Shown here piece by piece: positions 29,874 to 40,716 of a stretch of DNA of 64,000 nucleotides. A program made the translations under genes and the position numbers. The stretch's first letter is position 1; each line of letters opens with the position of its first letter. The stretch lies in contig OZ024740.1 in the NCBI GenBank assembly GCA_964016885.1, positions 13,950,001 through 14,014,000 of the forward strand, in the 5' to 3' direction. The notes beneath the pieces are model-generated. The model was not told the origin of the DNA. It saw only the letters and a program-made list of their open reading frames with translations, and did no database searches. Source of the DNA: Eledone cirrhosa. Taxonomy: Eukaryota.

Positions 29874-30014
29874 TTCTACTTTTGGCACAAGGCCAGCAAT
29901 TTTCCAATGCATTACTGGTACTTTATTTTATCAACTACTTAAGGATAAACGGCAAAGTTAACCTTGACCTGGAAAGCATGACGTCAGACCCTCTACCGAT
30001 ACTGCCAATTTACC
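29874..30014 (-). mobile_element. tRNA-derived SINE (Nin-domain-like), internally deleted copy
   Basis: GGCACAAGGCCAGCAATTTT...ACTGGTACTTTATTTTATC...GGCAAAGTTAACCT...CCGATACTGCCAAT is shared with the copies at 31052, 42281 and 42508. Confidence 0.8.
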
Positions 30015-30107
30015 AATATATTCTTGTAGAATTGACATTATTCTTTTCCAAGAAATTTCCCAGTGATTGACTTATCTCTTTCCTGGATATTGTCAAATAT
30101 TATTGCT

Positions 30108-30300
<193 letters not shown>

Positions 30301-30455
30301 CTAGCAATAATATCTGACATATATTGTTATATATAGAGTACAAGAAAGTGAGAGCTGTAAAAACTTATAGAATCGCCAGAGGAATGTCCAAAGAATACAT
30401 ATATATATAACTTTCTATTGTGGAATTAAACTACAACTCACTCACACATATATGT

Positions 30456-30524
<69 letters not shown>

Positions 30525-30748
30525 AACACAGACACGCATACAAGAACTCGCCCGCACAAACTCACTTACACAGATACACACATACATATATGTATGTATA
30601 TTATAATTAATGTTATACCTTGGTAGGGTCATGCAGCCAATAAAACCCACGCACCAGTTTGGTTTGACTTGTGTGTTATAGTTAAGTCAAGAAACTAATT
30701 CATTGATCGGTTGGTTTAGCAACCAATTGATTGGATTACTTACCAGAA

Positions 30749-30821
30749 TTCTCCTCCTCCTCCTCTTCCTCCTTCTTCTTCTTCTTCTTCTTCTTCTTCT
30801 TCTTCTTCTTCTTCTTCTTCT
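30749..30821. repeat. (TCC)n/(TTC)n microsatellite, probably the (GAA)n 3' tail of the adjacent RTE fragment
   Basis: Read directly; abuts the 3' end of the minus-strand RTE fragment. Confidence 0.9.
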
Positions 30822-31031
30822 TTGGGGTTGGATCCCACAAGCGTGACCAGCCAAGCTCATGGATGTTATCCAACCATCTTGCTCGGGATCTACCCTGGGT
30901 CTCCAGCCAGTTGGTTTTGCCCTTAAAATCTGTCCAGCGATTCTTTCCTGAGACATTCTAACCAGTCATTACCCAAGATTCATGACCACAGATAAGGGCT
31001 GGCACGAATACCGAATTGAAGATAGCGAGTT
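30822..31031 (-). mobile_element. RTE-clade LINE 3' fragment, degenerate and internally deleted
   Basis: Minus strand translates LAIFNSVFVPALICGHESWVMT joined to RMSQERIAGQILRAKPTGWRPR / GRSRARWLDNIHELGWSRL. These match RTE ORF C-terminal motifs (YGxESWxxT; RMxxxRxxxxxLxxxPxGxRPRGRPRxRWxD). Confidence 0.85.
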
Positions 31032-31051
31032 ACTGTACCAGACTAATAATA

Positions 31052-31140
31052 GTTTCTATATTTGGCACAAAGCCAGGCATTTATGGGAATCGATCCCAGT
31101 GTATTACTGATACTTTATTTCATCGACTCCGTAATGATAG
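31052..31140 (-). mobile_element. SINE 3' fragment (same Nin-like family)
   Basis: TTGGCACAAAGCCAG...CCCAGTGTATTACTGATACTTTATTTCATCGAC matches the copies at 42281 and 42508. Confidence 0.75.
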
Positions 31141-31341
31141 ATAGATAAGCAACATTAGCATGTATAGTGTTTCAAAGACCTACGCTAGAGTATACATTGA
31201 AACCTCTGGTAAGAGCCAGCTATGTTGAGAAGTCATATATAATAACATACTTTAGTTCTGTACTTAACATAGGGCGCTTTTTCCCCTTTATCTATTTTAC
31301 GGAAACTCTTGACACTATTTTATCTTTTATTTCTCATTCTA

Positions 31342-31377
31342 TCTTCTGATGAAGGACTAGTATCCGAAACGTTAAAA
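31342..31377 (+). ncRNA. Minimal type-I hammerhead ribozyme motif (HHR1)
   Basis: CTGATGA-A-GGA(CTAGTA)TCC-GAAA-CG-TT; palindromic stem III ACGT; weak stem I. Upstream ORF 31167-31349 contains R...EKSYI......LN, resembling the C-terminus of a Penelope-like GIY-YIG domain. Confidence 0.75.
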
Positions 31378-31406
31378 CATATATATATATATCTAAGAAC
31401 TGACTA

Positions 31407-31462
31407 ACTTCCTGATGAGGTTATAGCCATTCAATGGCTATCATCGAAATATATATAGCAGT
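31407..31462 (+). ncRNA. Minimal type-I hammerhead ribozyme motif (HHR2)
   Basis: ACTTC-CTGATGA-GGTTATAGCCA(TTCAA)TGGCTATCATC-GAAA-TATATA-TA-GCAGT, followed by AATAAA; 11-bp stem II with one mismatch; palindromic stem III. Confidence 0.8.
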
Positions 31463-31503
31463 AAATAAAGGATTATGAATTCATGCAATTGACTTGTGTT
31501 TCG

Positions 31504-31577
<74 letters not shown>

Positions 31578-31890
31578 GAGTTCAAGAGTAACCAATCTTA
31601 AAGAGAGAGATGGAGATAGGAGAGGAGATATGAGAGGAGAGATTGGTGAATTAGTTAGAAGCCAAAGCGTAAAGGCATGTGCTCAATGTGCAATATGCAG
31701 TAGAAAGCAGCTAGGTGGCTGGGTTCATGCTGAGGTTAGGTGCGCAGAGCTGGAAATATTCATTAGTTAAGCAAAACAAGACCACAAATTTCACAAGGAA
31801 GACATTATTAAAAGATTGTCAACATATTTTAGTTTGATGTAAGGAATGTAGAGAATACTAATAATAATAATATTAATAATAATAATGTCC

Positions 31891-32010
31891 GTTTACAATT
31901 GTTTCGCTACTCCATATAATATTTCTGGATCAGATGACTATATATCATAATTGATCTGGTTCAGTTGAAAATAATTAACATATTTAAAAGACAGAGCGGC
32001 TCATCGGAAC
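31891..32010 (-). ncRNA. Hammerhead motif with a long stem-II insertion (HHR3), 3' of the GIY-YIG ORF
   Basis: Minus strand: GTT-CCGATGA-GCCGCTC-(about 80 nt)-GAGTAGC-GAAA-CAATTG-TA-AAC; palindromic stem III ACAATTGT; core U4 changed to C. Confidence 0.65.
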
Positions 32011-32387
32011 TTCAAAGGAATATAAATTAAAACAATGAGAGAATGTTACATAATATAATGTTCCATATATTGGTTTTTCACTATGGTGTCTTGGTTGCAT
32101 CAATTGTCAGCCATAATCAAGCAGTATTCATCTGTCGAGGCTGCATTGTGTGAGATCTGCCTATGGGTAACAAGATGGCTGCCAAAGGACATATTTACCT
32201 TACTAATTAGAGGGTGGTTTCAGGGGAAGTAACTCCTCGAGAGATTAGAAATTGTGGGTATTTATAGTTAAGTGCTAATTTTTAAATTTTTTAATTGAGA
32301 GACAATGTAGGGGAGGTAACTTATAATTATCTAAGTTGTTCATAGCTATTTAACTTATTAGCTACAAGTAAAAATGGGGCTAGATGA

Positions 32388-33089
32388 CTATGTTGGGTCA
32401 AATATTCTATTGGCGAAGGAATTAGCCCTTCGATGTTCACAGCTAATAGTTACCTCCGTTCTATAGTTAATCGGTAGAGGTCGTGATAGAGTTATGTAAT
32501 ATGTTTCTGTAATACAGAGATCACAATATTTTCTTCGTCCATTGAACGGTTGGGCCCTAGCCACGATATCCCATCTTAGTGAGTGTTGAACGTTGTTTAA
32601 TTTAAGGTTTTTAATGAGCCTAGCTAGCGATGTCGAACATCTGTTGCTAGGGTCTCGGAAGGAAAAAGAGTGCGCGTTATAGCGTACCTTAAACGGGTTA
32701 GAGGTAGACCCGATATAAGAGCTGGTATTCGAAGCAGTTTTAACCGTGCACCTATAGACTATGTTGGGTGTCAGGCAGTGTCCATTTAATGGGGATGCAT
32801 TGGGGTAATGGCAGTTGCAGTTGCTTCTGCGGTTAGTGAGAGTAGGGTAGTTTAACCTAAGCGGTTGGTCAGTGCTAGAAGGATTAGATGGGGGAGGTGT
32901 GCTACTAGAGTAATTATTGGTGTAGTGGCGTGGTGTATTTGATAGGGGTGGTGGTACCGCGGTGTGGGAGTTATACTGTCTTAGTTTATGACGGTTTCTG
33001 AATGCGATGTGGCTAGCAAGGTTAGGTGTTGTGGAGAATGAGATTTTAATGTTATTTTTATTAAATAATCTAATGTTCCTTTGTTCCAC
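32388..33089 (-). mobile_element. Penelope-like retroelement (Neptune-type), 3' portion: Cys-rich linker plus GIY-YIG endonuclease, no RT upstream
   Basis: 233-aa open frame with LFNKNNIKISFSTTPN, CNC...SPLNGHCL, NIVY...YIGST..PFKVRYNAH, CDLCITETYYI and INYRTEVTISCEHR, all characteristic of Penelope-like element endonuclease regions. Confidence 0.9.
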
Positions 33090-33097
33090 CTAATGTT

Positions 33098-33550
33098 CCA
33101 CCAACAACAACAACTCCACCACCACCATCATCACCACCACCACCATCACCACCACCACTATCACCGCCACAACAACCACCACCATCACCATCACCATCGC
33201 CACCACCACCACTACCACCACCACCATCATCATCGCCACCAACACCACTACCACCACCACCATCACCACCACCACCACTACCACCACCACTACAACCACT
33301 ACCACCACAACTACCACCACCACTACCACCACTAACACCACACACACCACCACCACTACCACCATCACCGCTACCACCATCACCACCACCACAACAACCA
33401 CCACCAACAACAACACACCACCAACACCACCACCACCACCACCATCACCACCACCACTACCACCACCACTACCACCACTACCACCACTACCACTACTACC
33501 ACCACCACCACCACCACATCTGACACCACCACCACCACCATCACCGCCAT
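33098..33550. repeat. (CAC)n / (CCA)n degenerate trinucleotide microsatellite
   Basis: Read directly; source of the poly-His, poly-Gly and poly-Val ORFs. Confidence 0.97.
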
Positions 33551-33659
33551 CACAGACACCCGGTTGTAACATGCGCAAACTAAGCACACAACACACACAA
33601 AAACAAGATGGCGTAGGACAGGAAAAAGGAGAGGCACAAAACAAAGAAAAGAATCCCCA

Positions 33660-33702
33660 GTCACTGAAGAGGTCATAGAATGTGTGACGAAAGAACTTTG
33701 AC
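33660..33702 (+). ncRNA. Minimal type-I hammerhead ribozyme motif (HHR4)
   Basis: GTCA-CTGAAGA-G-GTCATA(GAATG)TGTGAC-GAAA-GAAC-TT-TGAC; stem I GTCA/TGAC; 6-bp stem II; imperfect stem III. Confidence 0.75.
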
Positions 33703-34074
33703 AATATATGAATAACCGTCCGGTTATGGAACCAACCAACCAACTGAAATTTATAAATTCTTAAATTTATAAATTTAATTTATAATAAATTGGAGTGAAA
33801 GCAACTGGTGCGTGTGTTTCTTATTGGCAACATGACCCTCCCAAAGCATAACAATATCGGTTTCAACACACGTTTTCAGATAAATAATCTTGCTAAACAA
33901 ATTCAGAAACGAAATATAAATAAACATGAATAATCACAGGAGATAATTTTTACAAGTGTGTAAGCACACATAGCTAGGTAGGTAACTAAATAAAGTTAAC
34001 CAGAACTTCAAAAATAGATACCTTATAATATGATTAATCATATTATGATGATTCATTTTGATTTATCTTAATTT

Positions 34075-34874
<800 letters not shown>

Positions 34875-34989
34875 TATATATATATATATACGCTCTATGC
34901 AAATTAGTCTGCCCACTACTAATTTTCATAGAAAAAGCATATAACGATATGTGCTTTTACGATTCTCTAGAAAGGCCGGAAGATAGGTA

Positions 34990-35034
34990 AATATTGCTGA
35001 TGAGATGTAACAACATCGAAACTAGTTCAATATT
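34990..35034 (+). ncRNA. Minimal type-I hammerhead ribozyme motif, fully intact (HHR5)
   Basis: AATATTG-CTGATGA-GATGT(AACA)ACATC-GAAA-CTAG-TT-CAATATT; perfect 7-bp stem I, perfect 5-bp stem II, palindromic stem III ACTAGT, GUU cleavage triplet. Confidence 0.9.
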
Positions 35035-35483
35035 CCTTGTCTGGCTTTCTGGAGAATAGAGGAAAGGTGTTTCCTCAAAAACCAGTATGACTCTAAAAAC
35101 CGGTTTGTCTGTGTGTTTACATACAGAATAGCTGGACACTCACAGTAAAGTGACCAGTGAAAAACTCGGTACATCTACATATGTATACGTGTGTGTATTC
35201 ATATGCATACTAGTATTTCAGTATACATATGTGGATGTACATTTTTAACTTAATTGTTTAAGCGTCAGTCATACAAAAGTGAGTTACAAACGAAACGAAA
35301 TTTAATTTCGTTTCGTTATTTGTTTATATATATATATATATATACTAGCCCACTAAATATTAACACTTCGAATATTTAATACTGCCAGCACTAGTATCGA
35401 GCACCTTTGGCATACGCTACTTGGCAAATAACTATATGTATCACCTATCCTCCCCTTTTTTTCTCTTTCTCGATACGTAAATA

Positions 35484-35540
<57 letters not shown>

Positions 35541-35585
35541 AGATACAAAGCTTTTAGCTTTTGTTTACAAACAGCGGAGAATTTG

Positions 35586-35763
35586 AAATTAGATAGTGAA
35601 ATAATGCCTCTGTTGTATTTTTGACTAAATAAATTAGCCTAATAATTGGAGTTATAAAAATGCACAGAATGGAAAAAAGGAATGAGTATTGACGTGGATG
35701 GGACACGAAGCCACATCTCTGGCTATCATGGCCATTACCGTTACACCAATACGTCACTCACAC
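35586..35763 (-). mobile_element. tRNA-derived SINE-like copy, inverted partner of 35818-35988
   Basis: Reverse complement aligns along its length with 35818-35988. Confidence 0.7.
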
Positions 35764-35817
35764 ACATTTCCATTAAATTGGAGGCTATATTATCATAGTT
35801 TTTGTTTACAAACAGCG

Positions 35818-35984
35818 GTGTGAGTGACGTATTGGTGTAATGGTTAACACAATGGCCACGGTAGCCAGAGATGTGGGTTCGTGTCCCATCTAACTCAATA
35901 CTCATTCTGTGGGTTTTTATAACTCAAATTATTTGGCTAATGTATTTAGTCAAAAATACAACGGAGTCACTATTTCACTATCTA

Positions 35985-35988
<4 letters not shown>
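35818..35988 (+). mobile_element. tRNA-derived SINE-like element
   Basis: A-box TGGTGTAATGG, anticodon-like arm TGGC-CACGGTA-GCCA, T-arm/B-box TGGG-TTCGTGT-CCCA, then an AT-rich body ending in (TA)n. Confidence 0.75.
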
Positions 35989-36022
<34 letters not shown>

Positions 36023-36708
36023 TTGCATACATACATACATATACATACATATACATCCATATACACATACATACATAAATACATATATACATACACACAT
36101 ACATACACACACATATATAAATATAGATACACATGCACATATATCTGTTAGACACGCAGTGACTAACAACAGAATGTTTTAAGTCTGCGTGTCTTTGTGA
36201 CATGTGTGTGACATGTATGTGACATCTATGTGTGTGACATGTGCGTGATGAGATGCGTACCTTGTGAATAAAAGATTCAAGGGGCATCGCTGGCCGTGGT
36301 GATCCCGGCCAAACATCTTTTGTAATGTATCGTCTTATTGGCTAATTTCATCGTCTTATTGGCTAATCAACCAACGAGAGTAATTGTTGTTCAAAAGCAT
36401 CCGCCACTTTGTTTCCATGTTTATCTATCGTTTCGCTTTCGAATCTTCCTCCAGTATTTCGTCGTTTATCATCAAAATATTTTTCTCGTTTTGGTAAATT
36501 ATATTGTTAATTTATATATGATTTTTAAATTTATATTAACTATTAAAAGTCTGAAAATATTTTTATACATCTTACAATAATATTTATAAGATCATTTATA
36601 AAATAACAATTATATAATCTAATTACATTACAACGATAATTTATTATTAATATATATCATGTTTAACTAGAGTTATTACAAGCGTTACCTAAAAAAAATA
36701 TTAAACTA

Positions 36709-37139
36709 GACCTGAAAAATACGCAAGCTCAAAAGAGCCACAGAATGTTATAATAAACCTTCAAAAGTGTGGGACTAGAGTTGTTGCTCAAAAATATTGT
36801 AATCATTATCTATCGTACACCCTGTGGCATCCTTTTATAGAAAAAAGATTCATAACGAACTCAAGACGACACGATAATTATTTAAGTGAATTAATAATAT
36901 AGAATTCGGTGCATTTCGTATTAATCATTACTAAACATCTAACATGAGATATTGAACATTAGCTTAAATAATTATCGTGTCGTCTTGAGTTCGTTATGAG
37001 TCTCCTTTTTATAAAAGGATGCCACAGGGTGTACGGTAGATAATGATTACAATATTTTTGAGCAACAACTCTAGTCCCACACTTTTGAAGGTTTATTATA
37101 ACATTCTGTGGATCTTTTGAGCTTGCGCATTTTCAGGTC
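36709..37139. mobile_element. MITE/foldback-type element with about 178-bp terminal inverted repeats and a 76-bp spacer
   Basis: GACCTGAAAA...TTTAAG (36709-36886) is the near-exact reverse complement of CTTAAA...TTTTCAGGTC (36963-37139). Confidence 0.8.
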
Positions 37140-37373
37140 GTACATACATATACATATATACATATATACATACATACATGCTTACATAAATACATACATA
37201 CATAAATACATACATACACAGATACATATATATATATATTAGAAAGTGGAGTTTTTTTACAAAATGAAAAATAACCGAGGTGTCCTACACGAGGGAAAGT
37301 ATAAAGAGAAAAAGATGAAATCGAAAATGCAACTGGAGTTTTATTTAAAAAATATATATATATTTATTTGGTT

Positions 37374-37409
37374 CTTTGCCGGTTTCGCAGTTCTTATGCT
37401 TTTCAAAAG
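37374..37409 (-). ncRNA. Degenerate hammerhead motif (HHR6)
   Basis: Minus strand: CTT-TTGAAAA-GCA(TAAGAAC)TGC-GAAA-CCGG-CA-AAG, then AATAAA; three core substitutions, so probably inactive. Confidence 0.5.
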
Positions 37410-37494
37410 TAGAGTTGAGATGGAGGGTCTGTGGTTTTTCTCACATGTGAGAAAAACCACAGACCCTCCATCTCAACTCTACTTTTGAAAAGCA
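37397..37494. repeat. Perfect 98-bp palindrome with no spacer
   Basis: 49-bp arms centred on CACA|TGTG. Confidence 0.95.
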
Positions 37495-37532
37495 GAACTT
37501 ATATATATATATATACATACATACAAATATAT

Positions 37533-37763
37533 ATACTTGGAGCTACGGGTTATATACCAACCCGCTTGGACCAAAGTATGACTGAACTTGGATTTGCGGA
37601 CAAAAAGCGCAGCTCCCTAATTCATAGTCTACAAATGGCTGCGATAGTTGGCACCTTCAAAATTTGCAAAACATTCTTGCGATTCAAGGGATGACAATTT
37701 CTTTTCTTTTACAACATTGCCACCAGGAAGGTGGCCGGTCAAAAAAAATATACTCGAAAAAAT
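37533..37763 (+). mobile_element. R4/Dong-type (restriction-like endonuclease) non-LTR retrotransposon, extreme 3' end
   Basis: ILGATGYIPTRLDQSMTELGF...LIHSLQMAAIVGTFKICKTFLRF* matches the C-terminus of RLE-clade ORFs; short 3' UTR hairpin GCCACC-AGGAA-GGTGGC and an A-rich end; embedded in microsatellite. Confidence 0.75.
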
Positions 37764-37771
37764 GTATACAT

Positions 37772-38044
37772 AATACACACATATACACACACACATACAC
37801 AAACACACATACACACACACACATACACACACACACGCAAGCTTTGTCACTACATCTATCACAGACACACACACATACACACACATACACACTCATACAC
37901 ATACACACACACATACACATACACACACATACACACACATACACACACACACACACACGCGCGCATACACACACTTGCACATTAACACTCACATCCACAT
38001 ACATATATACATTTATACACGCATTTGTATGTATGTTTATATAA

Positions 38045-38078
<34 letters not shown>

Positions 38079-38089
38079 TCATGTGTGTT

Positions 38090-38128
<39 letters not shown>

Positions 38129-38530
38129 TCGTGTGTGTTTATATATATATATATATATATACACACGCACACATATGTATGCATGCATGCATACATATAC
38201 ATACATGCATACATATACACATACATACATACATATACACACACATACACACACATACATACATACATACACACACACATACACACACATACATACATAT
38301 ATTTACACAGATACATACATACATATACACACATATACCTACCTACATACATACATACATACACACATACATACATTTACACACAAATACATACATACAT
38401 ATACACATACACATAACCAAGCAGCACAGATGTCTGAATGAGGACGATATATAGAGGCGCGCATGTGCGTGCCTCAGAACATATTGCATTGCTAATATAT
38501 GCAAATATATGCAAATATATGTACACACAC
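37772..38530. repeat. Compound (CA)n/(TG)n/(TA)n/(CATA)n microsatellite field
   Basis: Read directly. Confidence 0.95.
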
Positions 38531-38754
38531 AATCTGTATTAATGTATGTATTTATGTAGTAGGATTTTTATTTTATTTTTATTTTTATTTATTTTTTCTA
38601 TCATTATGAACCGTCTCCATCTTGGTCAGTGTGATTCAGAGGAACCACATGCTGCCCTCTGTCGGAGTCGCCTCATCCTAGCCAGGTCACATGTCACTTG
38701 ACATGTGCATGCATATATATATATATGTATATATATATTTATATATTTATATAC

Positions 38755-38852
<98 letters not shown>

Positions 38853-38864
38853 TTATATATATAT

Positions 38865-38964
38865 AGTATGACCCTGACGACAGAGCTCAAGTCGTTTCGA
38901 CGGCTATTTCTGGACGCAGAAATAGCCGTCGAAACAGCTTGAGCTCTGCCGTCGGTGTCATACT
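38865..38964. repeat. 100-bp hairpin (48-bp arms, 5 differences, GACG loop)
   Basis: AGTATGAC...CTATTTCTG-GACG-CAGAAATAG...GTCATACT. Confidence 0.92.
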
Positions 38965-39049
38965 TTTTCCTATTTCCCACTCTACTACCCTAAGTATTGA
39001 GTACTCTGGTGCGTTATGGTCCACCTGGTTCCTTACCACAATTCCTTTG

Positions 39050-39112
<63 letters not shown>

Positions 39113-39118
39113 AATTTA

Positions 39119-39182
<64 letters not shown>

Positions 39183-39262
39183 TACATATATACATATATA
39201 TATGTATATATATATATGAAAAAGAACACAAGAGCGTCTACAACATCAAAAGATTTTTATTG

Positions 39263-39309
39263 GCTAACAATGTTTCTTCCTTACGTGTAACCGTAGGATT
39301 CATCAGAGC
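39263..39309 (-). ncRNA. Minimal type-I hammerhead ribozyme motif (HHR7)
   Basis: Minus strand: GCT-CTGATGA-ATCCTACG(GTTACA)CGTAAGGAA-GAAA-CATTG-TT-AGC, immediately followed by CAATAAA. Confidence 0.75.
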
Positions 39310-40014
39310 TATAAAAGGGGTTTGATTGGTGTTATAGACTCTACCAACCAAACACCCAAGAACAGAGAGTAAAGAGCAAAAGTAGGGGACGATAAGTCTA
39401 ATTTTGGTGCGGGAGGGTGGGGTGTTGGTCCTTGTTTACTAGCTGCGGTCATATTCATTCCCGGGGGTCGGGTGGTTAGCTGAACATAGATGGGGTGGCG
39501 TGGATAGTATGGTGCAGAGGGAGCGCAGAGCCTACACAAACACAAAAAGCGTAGAATACATATATACATATAGCGGAGGAGAAGGTACATGAGGTAATTA
39601 GAAATGGAAAAATAGTAATAATAATAATCTATAATTAATAGTGTATAATAAGGCATGGGGAAGATTACACTATAATAAGGTATAAAAGTAAGAATAAGGT
39701 AAAATATAAAGGAGGATAAAAGTGGAAATAATAATAAATATAAAAAATATATAGAGAATATATAAGGAAATATAAGCGAATATTTGGAGGGGAGAACACA
39801 ATGTAAAAAAACCGATTTTTTTCAAACAATAATAAAAAAAATAATAAAAATATAATAATTATGGGGGGAGAAAACAGGATAGAGAAATATGATCAAGTGT
39901 GATTCGTTGAGAGAATATAGGATGATAACAGTTGTGTCCAGTTTATACATCTTAATAATAAATAATAAACAATATGTGTATCAGAGTTGCAGAACCTTCA
40001 ATTCACTTACGGGT

Positions 40015-40510
40015 TCAAGCCACGTGGCATGGTCCATTGTTTATCTGTGCGGTCATGTGCGTTTGTTTTTGACACCACAGCAGATGCACAAGTTTGTAAA
40101 TTCCAATGCAGTTAGAAGTCAATTTTTGCTCACCCGGACATTGACCGAGGATCCAATATTCCTAGTTCAATATGTGTTTGGTGTTATTTTGTTCGCACAA
40201 ATCAATCAATTGGTTCAATATATGGAGTATGGTTTCCTGGTCTTCGTGACAGTGTCAGTGGTTGTATATTTGGAAGTCACAAGGATCACAGTACTCCGGT
40301 TTGGTGTGATTATCGGTCATCCAGCTATGTTGTTGGTGGTTGGATTCAAATCTATTCGCCCAAACGTTGAACTTTGGTGTCGATAGGACATCAACGAAGC
40401 AGGGTGAGATCGCATCTGTGGTACAAAACGGTACGCAAGGAAATTCTTCGTCTTCGTTTCATCCGGGTCCAGTAGTCACGTGGAAGAACCGCTACATAGT
40501 AATTGTGGGG
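40015..40510 (-). pseudogene. Degenerate retroelement ORF remnant resembling the L1/Tx1 ORF2 C-terminal zinc-knuckle (zf-RVT) region
   Basis: Minus frame gives ...NH*HCHEDQETILHILNQ...LN*EYWILGQ...IYKLVHLLWCQK, similar to CxxC-x4/5-ETxxHxL...ILG...(I/L)W; contains stops and frameshifts. Confidence 0.4.
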
Positions 40511-40684
40511 TTAATCGGTCAAGTCAGCAACTGACCGAAAATTCAGGCAGGCATAACAGCTTTTTTATGTGTATATATATGTATATATATATGTATATAT
40601 ATGTATTCGCACCGTTTCCTTTCGCTATATGTCTCTCCACCACTCCCCTACACACCTTTTGAACTCTGTTCCCACGCACTTCTC

Positions 40685-40716
40685 ACCTGAGGAAGGGCTT
40701 ATGCCCGAAACGTCGT
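40685..40716 (+). ncRNA. Minimal type-I hammerhead ribozyme motif (HHR8)
   Basis: AC-CTGAGGA-A-GGGC(TTAT)GCCC-GAAA-CG-TC-GT; palindromic stem III ACGT, GUC triplet, AATAAA about 40 nt downstream; stem I is only 2 bp. Confidence 0.75.

Noticed and set aside
14-29961. Long 14-aa-repeat ORFs on both strands; IHSFKTPYSGC loosely resembles a C2H2 zinc-finger linker
   Set aside because: They arise because 42 is divisible by 3; frequent frameshifting 38/40/41-bp monomers and stops; no CxxC...HxxxH spacing.
31098-31114. Origin of the 42-bp satellite from the SINE (shared GTGTATTACTG.TA)
   Set aside because: The match is only about 13 nt and AT-rich; insufficient evidence.
33070-33743. Poly-His, poly-Gly and poly-Val ORFs
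   Set aside because: Translations of the (CAC)n microsatellite.
35822-35897. Genuine tRNA gene
   Set aside because: Acceptor stem is imperfect and the anticodon loop non-canonical; it is fused to a body sequence that is duplicated in inverted form, so it is a SINE head.
36244-36295. Possible ninth hammerhead (GTGATGA-GATGC...GCATC)
   Set aside because: A stem II-like pairing exists, but C3 and the GAAA core are missing.
39889-40386. 165-aa plus-strand hydrophobic ORF
   Set aside because: No recognisable motif; more likely the antisense shadow of the minus-strand retroelement remnant.
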